64,000 nt of DNA from Escherichia coli (GTDB lineage Bacteria > Pseudomonadota > Gammaproteobacteria > Enterobacterales > Enterobacteriaceae): NCBI RefSeq assembly GCF_003790525.1, contig NZ_CP033635.1; one strand, written 5' to 3'. Within the stretch, counting starts at the first letter, position 1, and every line of letters begins with the position of its first letter. Of the stretch, positions 46,246 through 57,258 are shown one piece after another. The translations under genes and the position numbers were made by a program. Below the pieces are notes generated by a model. That model was not told where the DNA came from and did not search any database. It worked only from the letters and a program-made list of their open reading frames with translations.

Positions 46246-46413
46246 GTGAAGAAACTCACCGATAAGCAAAAGTCCCGTCTCTGGGAGCTTCAGCGTAATC
46301 GTAATTTCCAGGCCAGTCGCCGTCTTGAAGGCGTCGAGATGCCTTTAGTCACTCTTACTGCCACAGAGGCTTTAGCGCGCCTTGAAGCGCTGAGGAGGCA
46401 CTATGAGCGATAA
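46246..46413 (+). CDS. yhfG: Small protein YhfG (55 aa), Fic-associated
   Basis: GTG start at 46246; hand translation [55 protein letters not shown]; overlaps fic start by 11 nt. Confidence 0.8.
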   Translation: MKKLTDKQKSRLWELQRNRNFQASRRLEGVEMPLVTLTATEALARLEALRRHYER

Positions 46414-47005
46414 ATTCGGCGAAGGGCGCGATCCGTATCTTTATCCTGGCCTTGATATCATGCGTAACCGGCTGAACATCCACCAGCAGCAGCGGCTGGA
46501 ACAGGCCGCTTACGAAATGACGGCGCTGCGTGCTGCGACCATTGAGCTTGGTCCGCTGGTGCGCGGTTTACCGCATTTGCGCACTATCCATCGCCAGCTG
46601 TATCAGGATATTTTCGACTGGGCGGGGCAACTGCGTGAAGTTGATATTTATCAGGGCGATACGCCGTTCTGCCACTTTGCTTATATCGAAAAAGAGGGCA
46701 ATGCCCTGATGCAGGATCTGGAGGAAGAAGGTTATCTGGTTGGCCTGGAGAAAGCGAAGTTCGTCGAGCGGCTGGCGCATTACTATTGTGAAATCAACGT
46801 GCTGCATCCCTTCCGGGTGGGAAGTGGTCTGGCACAGCGGATCTTCTTCGAGCAACTGGCGATTCATGCCGGATATCAACTGAGCTGGCAGGGTATCGAA
46901 AAAGAGGCCTGGAATCAGGCAAATCAGAGTGGGGCAATGGGGGATCTCACCGCGCTGCAGACGATATTTAGCAAAGTGGTAAGCGAAGCCGGGGAATCTG
47001 AGTAA
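46403..47005 (+). CDS. fic: Fic-domain protein (cell filamentation protein Fic) with non-canonical active-site motif
   Basis: 200 aa; FIC motif region reads [12 protein letters not shown] rather than canonical HxFx[DE]GNGRxxR. Confidence 0.92.
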   Translation: MSDKFGEGRDPYLYPGLDIMRNRLNIHQQQRLEQAAYEMTALRAATIELGPLVRGLPHLRTIHRQLYQDIFDWAGQLREVDIYQGDTPFCHFAYIEKEGNALMQDLEEEGYLVGLEKAKFVERLAHYYCEINVLHPFRVGSGLAQRIFFEQLAIHAGYQLSWQGIEKEAWNQANQSGAMGDLTALQTIFSKVVSEAGESE

Positions 47006-47036
47006 AATAGCGCGGTTCTTTCGTACCGGAGCCGCC

Positions 47037-47600
47037 ATGATCCTGCTTATAGATAACTACGATTCTTTTACCTGGAACCTCTACCAGTACTTTTGTGAAC
47101 TGGGGGCGGATGTGCTGGTTAAGCGCAACGATGCGTTGACGCTGGCGGATATCGACGCCCTTAAACCACAAAAAATTGTCATCTCACCCGGCCCCTGTAC
47201 GCCAGATGAAGCCGGGATCTCCCTTGACGTTATTCGCCACTATGCCGGGCGCTTGCCGATTCTTGGCGTCTGCCTCGGTCATCAGGCAATGGCGCAGGCA
47301 TTTGGCGGTAAAGTTGTGCGCACCGCAAAGGTCATGCACGGCAAAACCTCGCCGATAACACATAACGGTGAGGGCGTATTTCGGGGGCTGGCAAATCCAC
47401 TTACCGTGACACGCTACCATTCGCTGGTGGTGGAACCTGACTCATTACCAGCGTGCTTTGACGTGACGGCCTGGAGCGAAACCCGCGAGATTATGGGGAT
47501 TCGCCATCGCCAGTGGGATCTGGAAGGTGTGCAGTTCCATCCAGAAAGTATTCTTAGCGAACAAGGACATCAACTGCTGGCTAATTTCCTGCATCGCTGA
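47037..47600 (+). CDS. pabA: Aminodeoxychorismate synthase component II (glutamine amidotransferase)
   Basis: 187 aa; translation recognised. Confidence 0.96.
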   Translation: MILLIDNYDSFTWNLYQYFCELGADVLVKRNDALTLADIDALKPQKIVISPGPCTPDEAGISLDVIRHYAGRLPILGVCLGHQAMAQAFGGKVVRTAKVMHGKTSPITHNGEGVFRGLANPLTVTRYHSLVVEPDSLPACFDVTAWSETREIMGIRHRQWDLEGVQFHPESILSEQGHQLLANFLHR

Positions 47601-47626
47601 TTTCTGATTGCTATTAAGTGATTTTT

Positions 47627-47658
47627 TATGCATATTTTGTGATTATAATTTCACATTG
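47627..47658 (+). promoter_or_regulatory. Putative ArgR operator (ARG-box-like TGTGATTATAATTTCACA and adjacent TATGCATATTTT) upstream of argD
   Basis: Palindromic AT-rich 18-mer resembling ARG box TnTGAATwwwwATTCAnw, 28 bp upstream of argD ATG. Confidence 0.4.
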
Positions 47659-47670
47659 ATTTATGCGTAA

Positions 47671-48909
<1,239 letters not shown>

Positions 48910-48966
48910 GACGCATCAGGCAAAAGATGTCGGATGCGGCGTGAACGCTGTATCCGATGGTTTAGC
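48910..48966. repeat. Degenerate REP-like element(s) between convergent argD and yhfK (..CGCATCAGGC.., ..CGGATGCGGCGTGAACGC..TATCCG..)
   Basis: By-eye similarity to REP consensus GCCGGATGCGGCGTGAACGCCTTATCCGGCC with mismatches. Confidence 0.4.
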
Positions 48967-48971
48967 CTGCA

Positions 48972-51062
48972 TTACGCCTTCGAATCCCGCAACTTGCGAC
49001 TCAGCCAAATCCCGTGATGCGGTCGCTGACGCCATGCCATCGACGAAATGGTGTGCATGGTGTTCAGATGACCAATAACCCGCTGTAAATGCTGCTCCAG
49101 CGTACCTGCCGCGCCTTCGTGCGGCTGCATCTCCGGCGCATCCATGATATTGGCATCGCCAGAACTACCCGGTTCGTCATACTCCAGTCGCTGCTGACAA
49201 CGCTGAATGGCGATTTCACAAGACTGTAAATATTCTTGCGCCAGTTCAGGTGGCAATGCCCGGTGTTCCCGTGCCAGCGTGGTCATGGCATTGATATGTT
49301 CAACTATAAACTGACTGTGCGTTACCCACAGTTTCATATCTGCCAGATAATGGCTGTTGAATGCCGGTTCCTGCATCGCCTGATTCAATGAGTTATACAG
49401 AGTGTTATGCGCCTGATTCACCCGCATTCGCTGCCAGGCCAGTGGCGTTGGTTGCGGGTCCTCGCTCAGAATCAAGCGAATCGCGTCCTGATAGGCTTCT
49501 AAAGCGTCATGGGCGTTCTTACGCAATAACCCGCTCTGCCACTGCGGCCACAGCCAGACAGTACCGCCGAAAGCAATTAAACAACCAATAATGGTATCGA
49601 TAAGACGCGGAAGGATGTACTGCTCACCGTTCAGCCACAACAGTTGCAGGGTATACACTGCGGTAATGGTAAAACCGACCGTCGCCCAGCCGTAGTTTTT
49701 GCGCAATATCAGGTAGCTGGCAAGGGTGGTAATCAGCATCAAGGTCAGGGTGTAACCTTCGGGAATTTTAAAGTGCAGCGCCACGCCCGCAATGATTAAC
49801 CCGACCACGGTTCCCACGGAGCGATTCACAATCCTCAGACGGGTTGCGCCATAGCCATTTTGCGTCACCAGCAATACCGTCATCAGGATCCAGTACGACT
49901 TCGGCAGATGCAGCGCGGTGCCCATCAGGCTGGCAACGCTTAACATCACACTGAGTCGTCCGGCATTGCGTAGCGCCGGAGACTTTAGTGACAAATAACT
50001 TTTCAGCGCCGGAAGTAACGGCATTCGCCGCTGTTTATCGGCCAGTAAGTCACGGGCATAGAGCGGTTTTTGGGTGCGCAGCACGCGGGCAATGCGGCTG
50101 AAATGCCAGTAGCAGAATTGCCCAACCGGATTATCCGGGTGTTGGCGGGCGATTTTTTCCAGTGCGCCAATTTGCTTTTCCATCGTAAAACGCGTCGGCA
50201 GGCGATGGTAAAGAATGTCATCAGCCAGCACGCGCAGGCGAGCGGCGACGGTTTGCGCATTCCAGCGGATAACTTCTTCCGCATGGCTACGCTCGACCAG
50301 CTTTTGCACCTCTTCCGGCTGATGCAAACTGACCGAAATATGTTCCTGCAAATCCAGCGCCTCCTGGAAAATACGCAGCATCCGCTTGTAATCGGTATTA
50401 TTTTGCGCGGAAAGCATATGCATTTGCTGATAGCACTGGGTAATTAAATCGACCGCTTTTTGCTGGCGCACCAGCAGCGGCGGCAGCGCTTTTTCAGGGT
50501 CGGTGTGCTGGGTAAGCAGGCTGTATTTGGCTTCACAGTAATCTGCCAGTTCACGGTACAGCAGACTTAGTGACTCGCGTAGCGGTTGTTCGCGCCAGAT
50601 CCAGAACCAAAACCAGTTAAACAATCCGTACCACAAAGTGCCCAGCGCATAGATGAGCAACGGTTCCCAGACCGGCATGTATCCCGCCAGACTGAGGGTA
50701 AAAATGGCGGCGAGCAGCGATGCGGGAAGCAATTTTGCGTGCAATGGCCCCAGCTCAGCAGTGACGCCAAGTACCAGCGTTAATCCGGTCAGCAAAAAGG
50801 GCAGGGGAACATCTTTTGCCAGTAGCACCTGTGTCAGCAAGCTACAGGTGGCAAACAGCGACGCACCAATGATTAAGCGTTTGAAAAAACGTTTATGAGG
50901 CGTATCAAGGCCCGCAATATTGCAACAGGCAGGAACGAGGGAGAAGAGCAGACCGAATCGTAATTCGCCAAGCATTAACCCAACGGCCACGGGCAAACAT
51001 AGCACCAGCGTTTGTCGCAGTGCATAGTTAATATCGGGGTGATAAATCAGTCTGCGCCACAT
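48972..51062 (-). CDS. yhfK: Inner membrane protein YhfK (FUSC-like putative transporter)
   Basis: ORF-track 700 aa (TTG start) trimmed to ATG at 51060..51062 giving 696 aa MWRRLIYHPDINYALRQ... Confidence 0.88.
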   Translation of the reverse strand: MWRRLIYHPDINYALRQTLVLCLPVAVGLMLGELRFGLLFSLVPACCNIAGLDTPHKRFFKRLIIGASLFATCSLLTQVLLAKDVPLPFLLTGLTLVLGVTAELGPLHAKLLPASLLAAIFTLSLAGYMPVWEPLLIYALGTLWYGLFNWFWFWIWREQPLRESLSLLYRELADYCEAKYSLLTQHTDPEKALPPLLVRQQKAVDLITQCYQQMHMLSAQNNTDYKRMLRIFQEALDLQEHISVSLHQPEEVQKLVERSHAEEVIRWNAQTVAARLRVLADDILYHRLPTRFTMEKQIGALEKIARQHPDNPVGQFCYWHFSRIARVLRTQKPLYARDLLADKQRRMPLLPALKSYLSLKSPALRNAGRLSVMLSVASLMGTALHLPKSYWILMTVLLVTQNGYGATRLRIVNRSVGTVVGLIIAGVALHFKIPEGYTLTLMLITTLASYLILRKNYGWATVGFTITAVYTLQLLWLNGEQYILPRLIDTIIGCLIAFGGTVWLWPQWQSGLLRKNAHDALEAYQDAIRLILSEDPQPTPLAWQRMRVNQAHNTLYNSLNQAMQEPAFNSHYLADMKLWVTHSQFIVEHINAMTTLAREHRALPPELAQEYLQSCEIAIQRCQQRLEYDEPGSSGDANIMDAPEMQPHEGAAGTLEQHLQRVIGHLNTMHTISSMAWRQRPHHGIWLSRKLRDSKA

Positions 51063-51112
51063 CGGGGGAAACAAAATGGCGCGCTACCAGGTAACGCGCC
51101 ACTCCGACGGGA

Positions 51113-51745
51113 TTAACGAGTGCCGTAAACGACGATGGTTTTACCGTGTGCGGAGATCAGGTTCTGATCTTCCAGCATCTTCAGAATGCGTCCCACGGTT
51201 TCACGAGAACAGCCGACAATCTGACCGATTTCCTGACGGGTAATTTTGATTTGCATACCGTCCGGGTGAGTCATAGCATCCGGTTGTTTTGCCAGATTCA
51301 GCAGAGTCTGTGCAATGCGGCCCGTCACGTCGAGGAACGCCAGGTTGCCCACTTTCTCTGAAGTGACTTGCAGACGACGCGCCATCTGTGCAGACAGACG
51401 CATCAGAATGTCCGGGTTTACCTGAATCAATTGGCGAAATTTTTTGTACGAAATTTCAGCCACTTCACAGGCGGTTTTCGCACGTACCCATGCGCTACGT
51501 TCCTGGCCCTCTTCAAACAGGCCCAGTTCGCCAATAAAATCACCCTGATTCAGATAGGAGAGGATCATTTCTTTACCCTCTTCGTCTTTGATCAGCACTG
51601 CCACAGAGCCTTTAACGATGTAGTACAGCGTTTCCGCTTTTTCACCCTGGTGAATAAGCGTGCTCTTGGATGGGTACTTATGAATGTGGCAATGAGACAA
51701 GAACCATTCGAGAGTCGGGTCTGTTTGCGGTTTGCCAAGCACCAT
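51113..51745 (-). CDS. crp: cAMP receptor protein
   Basis: 210 aa; translation recognised including [20 protein letters not shown]. Confidence 0.98.
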
Positions 51746-51863
51746 GCGCGGTTATCCTCTGTTATAAGCTTTCTCCAGAGCCAGATAACGCCGCTGTCTC
51801 TGGATTGCCGAAATATGCTTCCCGCTACCTGGGAAGGGGCTATCAACTGTACTGCACGGTAAT

Positions 51864-51879
51864 GTGACGTCCTTTGCAT
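51864..51879. promoter_or_regulatory. CRP half-site-containing element (TGTGACGTCCTTTGCA) in crp upstream region
   Basis: TGTGA half-site with weak second half; the crp promoter is autoregulated by recall. Tentative. Confidence 0.3.
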
Positions 51880-52046
51880 ACATGCAGTACATCAATGTAT
51901 TACTGTAGCATCCTGACTGTTTTAGCATAGCTTTCGCTTTGTGTCTCCTGGTGTCTCGCTTCAGCATGACCCAGGTCGCCTTCCGTTGCGCGATTTGGTT
52001 AGTACGCGTACTCTGTCAGGAAAATTGACGCAGTGGAGTAGCAAAA

Positions 52047-52451
52047 ATGCAAGCGCGAGTGAAGTGGGTCGAAGGGTTAACTTTTCTGGGCGAATCCGCC
52101 TCTGGTCACCAGATTTTAATGGACGGCAACTCAGGCGATAAAGCACCAAGTCCGATGGAAATGGTGTTGATGGCGGCGGGGGGTTGCAGTGCCATCGATG
52201 TGGTTTCTATCCTGCAAAAAGGGCGTCAGGATGTGGTCGATTGTGAAGTAAAATTGACCTCTGAACGCCGCGAAGAGGCACCACGCCTGTTTACGCACAT
52301 TAATCTGCATTTTATCGTCACCGGTCGCGACCTGAAAGACGCAGCGGTTGCGCGTGCGGTTGATCTCTCTGCTGAGAAATATTGTTCAGTGGCGTTGATG
52401 CTGGAAAAAGCGGTGAATATTACTCACTCGTATGAAGTGGTTGCCGCGTGA
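52047..52451 (+). CDS. yhfA: OsmC-family protein YhfA
   Basis: 134 aa; translation recognised. Confidence 0.92.
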   Translation: MQARVKWVEGLTFLGESASGHQILMDGNSGDKAPSPMEMVLMAAGGCSAIDVVSILQKGRQDVVDCEVKLTSERREEAPRLFTHINLHFIVTGRDLKDAAVARAVDLSAEKYCSVALMLEKAVNITHSYEVVAA

Positions 52452-52471
52452 TTTAACTATCCCGTTGTGAA

Positions 52472-52493
52472 GCCGGATAGTATTTTATCCGGC
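52472..52493. terminator. Hairpin (GCCGGATA / TATCCGGC) between convergent yhfA and prkB
   Basis: 8 bp stem with 6 nt loop 21 nt after yhfA stop; no strong T-run. Confidence 0.35.
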
Positions 52494-52505
52494 GTAATAG
52501 CAGAG

Positions 52506-53375
52506 TTACTCGATTTTCTTTCCTTCCATCAATCGTTGCACCAGCGGCAGCATAATTAATTCCATTGCCAGACCCATTTTGCCGCCGGGCACCACTAACG
52601 TATTGATGTGGGAAATGAATGAGCCCTGCAACATCGCCAGCAGCCAGGGGAAATCGATCCCTTCCAGATTACGAAAATGGATCACCACAAAGCTTTCATC
52701 CAGCGACGGGATACCTTTTGCCGCGAACGGGTTTGAGGTGTCGACGGTGGGAACGCGCTGGAAGTTAAGATGGGTGCGGGAAAACTGCGGTGTGATGTAG
52801 TTGATATAGTCTTCCATTGAGCGCACTACTGAGTCCATCACTGCTTCTCGTGAGTGCCCGCGCTCGCTGGTGTCGCGGATCAATTTTTGAATCCACTCAA
52901 GGTTAACGATAGGCACCACGCCGACCAGTAAATCCACATGCTGCGCAACGTTATGCTGTGGCGTGACGACGCCGCCGTGTAAACCTTCATAAAACAGTAC
53001 ATCAGTGGGTTCCGGTAAAGGTTGCCATGGGGTGAATGTCCCCGGTACCTGATTCCACGGTACGGCTTCGTCGTAGGTATGCAGATATTTGCGAGATTTC
53101 CCTTTGCCGCTCTGACCGTATTCAATGAAGGTTTGTTCCAGCAGGCCGAAGTCGTTCGCTTCGGGGCCGAAGTAGCTGATATGCCGCCCGGCGTCGCGCG
53201 CTTTGCGGATCGCCATGTCCATTTCCGGGCGGGTGTAACGGTGAAAACTGTCACCTTCCACCTCGGCTGCATGCAGATTTAACTGCGCGAATATTTTACG
53301 AAACGCGAGGCTGGTGGTGGTGGTCCCCGCGCCGCTGGATCCTGTTACCGCAATGACCGGATGTTTGGCAGACAT
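52506..53375 (-). CDS. prkB: Phosphoribulokinase homolog
   Basis: 289 aa; N-terminal P-loop (GSSGAGTTT). Confidence 0.93.
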   Translation of the reverse strand: MSAKHPVIAVTGSSGAGTTTTSLAFRKIFAQLNLHAAEVEGDSFHRYTRPEMDMAIRKARDAGRHISYFGPEANDFGLLEQTFIEYGQSGKGKSRKYLHTYDEAVPWNQVPGTFTPWQPLPEPTDVLFYEGLHGGVVTPQHNVAQHVDLLVGVVPIVNLEWIQKLIRDTSERGHSREAVMDSVVRSMEDYINYITPQFSRTHLNFQRVPTVDTSNPFAAKGIPSLDESFVVIHFRNLEGIDFPWLLAMLQGSFISHINTLVVPGGKMGLAMELIMLPLVQRLMEGKKIE

Positions 53376-53428
53376 AGTAACTCCATGACTTAGCTATCAT
53401 TATTATCTCGTCCGCCGACGGTTGCAGG

Positions 53429-53647
53429 TTATTCGCGAAACTGACTGCGCGGCATGATATTGACCGTTTCGTGCAGCTCCGACCATACCAGCACCGCTTC
53501 TCCGCACTGTAGCTGGCGTTTGACGTCGGCGACTTTCTGTTCAAGTGTACGCTCATGTTCACCATAATCGGTGCCTTCACGTAACACAAAGCTTTCAATT
53601 AAATTTTCCAGCGTTTCGGGGGAGAGGTCTTGCCACGGAATCAACAT
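53429..53647 (-). CDS. yheU: UPF0270 protein YheU
   Basis: 72 aa; translation recognised. Confidence 0.88.
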
Positions 53648-54663
53648 GATTTCGCCTCCAGATACGTTGTTAACCAGTCAGGAATGCGTGACTCCAGCCA
53701 CATTTGCGGATGAAGTAACGTACCGCCAATAAAGCCAACATGACCGCCATGTTCAGTCAGTTGATACTCCACCTGCGGGGGGAGACTTTCCGGTTTCGGG
53801 ATCACCTGATGATCCATAAACGGATCGTCTTTGGCGTGAATAATCAGCGTCGGTTTGGCGATCTGGTTCAGCATCGGCATGGCGCTACACTGACGATAAT
53901 AGTCGATAGCGTCAGCGTAGCCGTGAATTCTGGCGGTGATCAGATCGTCAAATTCACGGATGCGACGTACCGATTTTAACTGTGCGAGATTAATCGGCAG
54001 CGTACCGGGATAGGCTGCCAGTTTGCGCGCAGCATTGGCTTTTAACAGGTTCAGCAAGTAACGCTGATAAACGCGGGAAAAGCCCTTTTCCATATGATAA
54101 CTACAGGCTTCCAGCATAAATGGCGCGGAGACAATTACCGCTGCATCAATCGGGAGGTTATTACCTTCTTTTGCCAGCAAACAGGCGAGCATATTACCGC
54201 CGAGCGAATAGCCGACGGCAGCCGTTGGCGCATGTCCAAATTCGCGCTGCAGCCAGCGTAAAAACCAGCTGGCGTCTTCGGTTTCGCCCGAATGGTAAAT
54301 GCGGTGCATACGGTTTGGTTCACCGCTGCATCCGCGAAAATGCATCACCACGCCCAGCCAGCCGCGTTTTTGCGCCGCCTCGACCAGACCGTGGGCGTAA
54401 GGGCTATTGAGGCTGCCCTCCAGCCCGTGAAACACCACTAAACGCGGTTTATGGTTCGCCTGGGCAGGGTCTTCACTCCATGCGAGATCGACAAAATCGC
54501 CGTCGGGCAACTCCAGCCGCTGCCAGTACGGGGTGAATTTCACCTTGCGACGAAACAGACGCGGCAGCATGGTTTGCAGATGACAATTGCTAAAGCCGCG
54601 CATAGGGGTGAATTCAGCACTGCTGCTGAATTCATTGGCATCGGTCGTCGTTATCTGCGCCAT
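53641..54663 (-). CDS. yheT: Alpha/beta-hydrolase YheT
   Basis: 340 aa; GYSLGG nucleophile elbow. Confidence 0.9.
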
Positions 54664-56576
54664 CAGTTGCTTTGGCCTTCCAGCAGCATCTGCTCAAGCT
54701 GCTCCTGGGCTTCCAGCCACGCCATTTCGCACTCTTCCAGGCCGGATTTGGCGCTGGCTTGCTGTTGCAGGCAGGCGGTCAACTCCGCTTTACGGCTCTG
54801 ATCATACAGTTCGCTGTCGCCGAGTTTCTCTTCCGCCTGCGCCAGTTGCGCGTTCAGCTTCTCCATCTCTTTTTCCAGACGGGCAATCTCTTTACGCAGT
54901 GGCTGGGTTTGCGCACGCAGCTCCGCTTCCCGACGCTTCTGATCTTTACGTGCCTGGGCGCTGTTCGCGTTCTCTTTTGGCGCTTCGTCGGTCTGGTTTT
55001 CCTGCTTTTGTACGTCGCTCAACCACTGTTGATAATCTTCCAGATCGCCGTCGAACGGTTCGACTTTACGATCGTGAACCAGGTAGAGATCGTCAGTGGT
55101 GGAACGCAGCAAATGACGGTCGTGCGAGACGACAACCAGCGCACCTTCGAACTCGATTAATGCTTCGGTGAGTGCCTGACGCATGTCGAGGTCAAGGTGG
55201 TTGGTCGGTTCGTCGAGCAGCAGCAGATTCGGACGCTGCCAGACAATTAATGCCAGCACCAGGCGGGCTTTTTCCCCACCGGAGAAGCGGCGTGTTTCTT
55301 CGGTTACTTTATCGCCCTGGAAACCAAAGCCGCCGAGGTAGTCACGCAGTTTTTGCTCCAGCTCCTGCGGCGCTAAACGTGCCAGATGTTGAATAGGCGA
55401 TTCGTCGGCGCGCAGGTATTCCAGTTGATGCTGGGCGAAGTAACCGAGCTTGATCCCTTTTGCCAGACCAATTTCACCGCTGACTGGCGCAAGTTCGCCG
55501 GCTAACAGTTTGATTAATGTCGATTTACCCGCGCCGTTGCGGCCTAACAGACCAATGCGCGAGCCGGGGACCAGATTCAGTTTAATCGAGTCGAGAATAA
55601 TGCGATCACCATAGCCCGCACTGACTTTTTCCATCTTCAGTAACGGATTTGGCAGGCTTTCCGGCGCGCGGAAGCTAAAGCGGAACGGGTTGTCGACGTG
55701 TGCGGGGGCAATCAGCTCCATACGCTCGAGCATCTTAATGCGGCTCTGGGCCTGCTTCGCTTTGGTGGCTTTGGCACGGAAACGGTCGATATAACTTTGC
55801 AGATGCGCCACGCGTTCCTGCTGGCTTTCATACATCGCCTGTTGCTGCGCCAGACGGGTGGCGCGCTGCACTTCAAATGAGCTGTAGTTACCGGTGTACT
55901 CGAACATGCTTTGTTGTTCGATATGAATGATTTTATCGACGATCGGATCGAGGAAGTCGCGGTCGTGAGAGATCAGGATCAGCGTGCCCTGATAGCTCTT
56001 CAGCCATTTTTCCAGCCAGATAACGGCATCGAGATCGAGGTGGTTAGTCGGTTCGTCGAGCAGCAGCAAGTCTGAACGGCAAATCAGCGCCTGAGCAAGG
56101 TTAAGGCGCATACGCCAGCCACCGGAGAAATCACTTACCGGACGCTCCAGTTGTTCGTTGCTGAAACCGAGGCCGTGCAGCAGGCTGGCGGCGCGGGAGC
56201 GAATACTCCATGCGTCGATAGCATCCAGCTTGCCATGAATGGTCGCAATGGCGTGACCGTCGTTACGTTCGTTGGCGTCGTATAGCTGCGCTTCCAGTTG
56301 ACGATATTCACGGTCGCCGTCAATGACATATTCCAGCGCCGCTTGCGGTAACGCTGGTGTTTCCTGATTCACCCACGCCAGTTGCCAGCTTCCCGGAAAG
56401 GTGTAGCTGCCGCCGTCGGCGCTGATTTCATTTTTCAGCAATGCCAGCAGGGTAGATTTACCACAGCCGTTTTTACCCACCAGGCCGACTTTCTGCCCGG
56501 GGTTGATGGTGGCGGTGGCATTATCCAGCAGGACGCGCACGCCGCGACGAATTTGTAACGAGGAGAAAACAATCAT
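54663..56576 (-). CDS. yheS: ABC-F family ATPase YheS (tandem ABC domains with linker)
   Basis: 637 aa; two Walker A motifs (GKNGCGKST, GRNGAGKST). Confidence 0.94.
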   Translation of the reverse strand: MIVFSSLQIRRGVRVLLDNATATINPGQKVGLVGKNGCGKSTLLALLKNEISADGGSYTFPGSWQLAWVNQETPALPQAALEYVIDGDREYRQLEAQLYDANERNDGHAIATIHGKLDAIDAWSIRSRAASLLHGLGFSNEQLERPVSDFSGGWRMRLNLAQALICRSDLLLLDEPTNHLDLDAVIWLEKWLKSYQGTLILISHDRDFLDPIVDKIIHIEQQSMFEYTGNYSSFEVQRATRLAQQQAMYESQQERVAHLQSYIDRFRAKATKAKQAQSRIKMLERMELIAPAHVDNPFRFSFRAPESLPNPLLKMEKVSAGYGDRIILDSIKLNLVPGSRIGLLGRNGAGKSTLIKLLAGELAPVSGEIGLAKGIKLGYFAQHQLEYLRADESPIQHLARLAPQELEQKLRDYLGGFGFQGDKVTEETRRFSGGEKARLVLALIVWQRPNLLLLDEPTNHLDLDMRQALTEALIEFEGALVVVSHDRHLLRSTTDDLYLVHDRKVEPFDGDLEDYQQWLSDVQKQENQTDEAPKENANSAQARKDQKRREAELRAQTQPLRKEIARLEKEMEKLNAQLAQAEEKLGDSELYDQSRKAELTACLQQQASAKSGLEECEMAWLEAQEQLEQMLLEGQSN

Positions 56577-56703
56577 AAGGCGCCGTATGTTCAGACTATG
56601 TTAACTTATCATTATGATAATGTAATGTATGGGCGAGCTGCCGCACCGGGCGCAATGGTAGCCCAAAACAGCGACTATACACAAAAACCATACCGGGAGG
56701 GGG

Positions 56704-57258
56704 ATGATGTCTCAGCCAGCGAAAGTTTTGCTGCTGTATGCCCATCCGGAATCTCAGGACTCGGTGGCAAACCGGGTACTGCTTAAACCGGCCACGCAGC
56801 TCAGCAATGTTACCGTGCACGACCTTTATGCGCACTATCCCGACTTTTTTATTGATATCCCTCGTGAGCAGGCATTACTGCGCGAGCACGAGGTGATTGT
56901 CTTTCAGCATCCTCTTTATACCTATAGCTGCCCGGCGCTACTGAAAGAGTGGCTGGACCGGGTATTAAGCCGTGGTTTTGCCAGCGGACCGGGGGGAAAC
57001 CAACTGGCGGGAAAGTACTGGCGTAGCGTGATTACCACCGGCGAGCCGGAAAGTGCTTACCGTTATGACGCGCTGAATCGCTACCCGATGAGCGATGTGC
57101 TGCGCCCCTTTGAACTGGCGGCGGGCATGTGCCGGATGCATTGGTTGAGTCCCATCATTATTTACTGGGCGAGACGGCAAAGCGCACAGGAGCTGGCGAG
57201 TCACGCCAGAGCCTACGGTGACTGGCTGGCAAATCCGCTGTCTCCAGGAGGCCGCTGA
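56704..57258 (+). CDS. kefG: Glutathione-regulated K+ efflux system ancillary protein KefG
   Basis: 184 aa; stop overlaps kefB start by 1 nt. Confidence 0.93.

Noticed and set aside
54672-55160. 162 aa plus-strand ORF inside yheS
   Set aside because: Antisense to the ABC-F ATPase gene.
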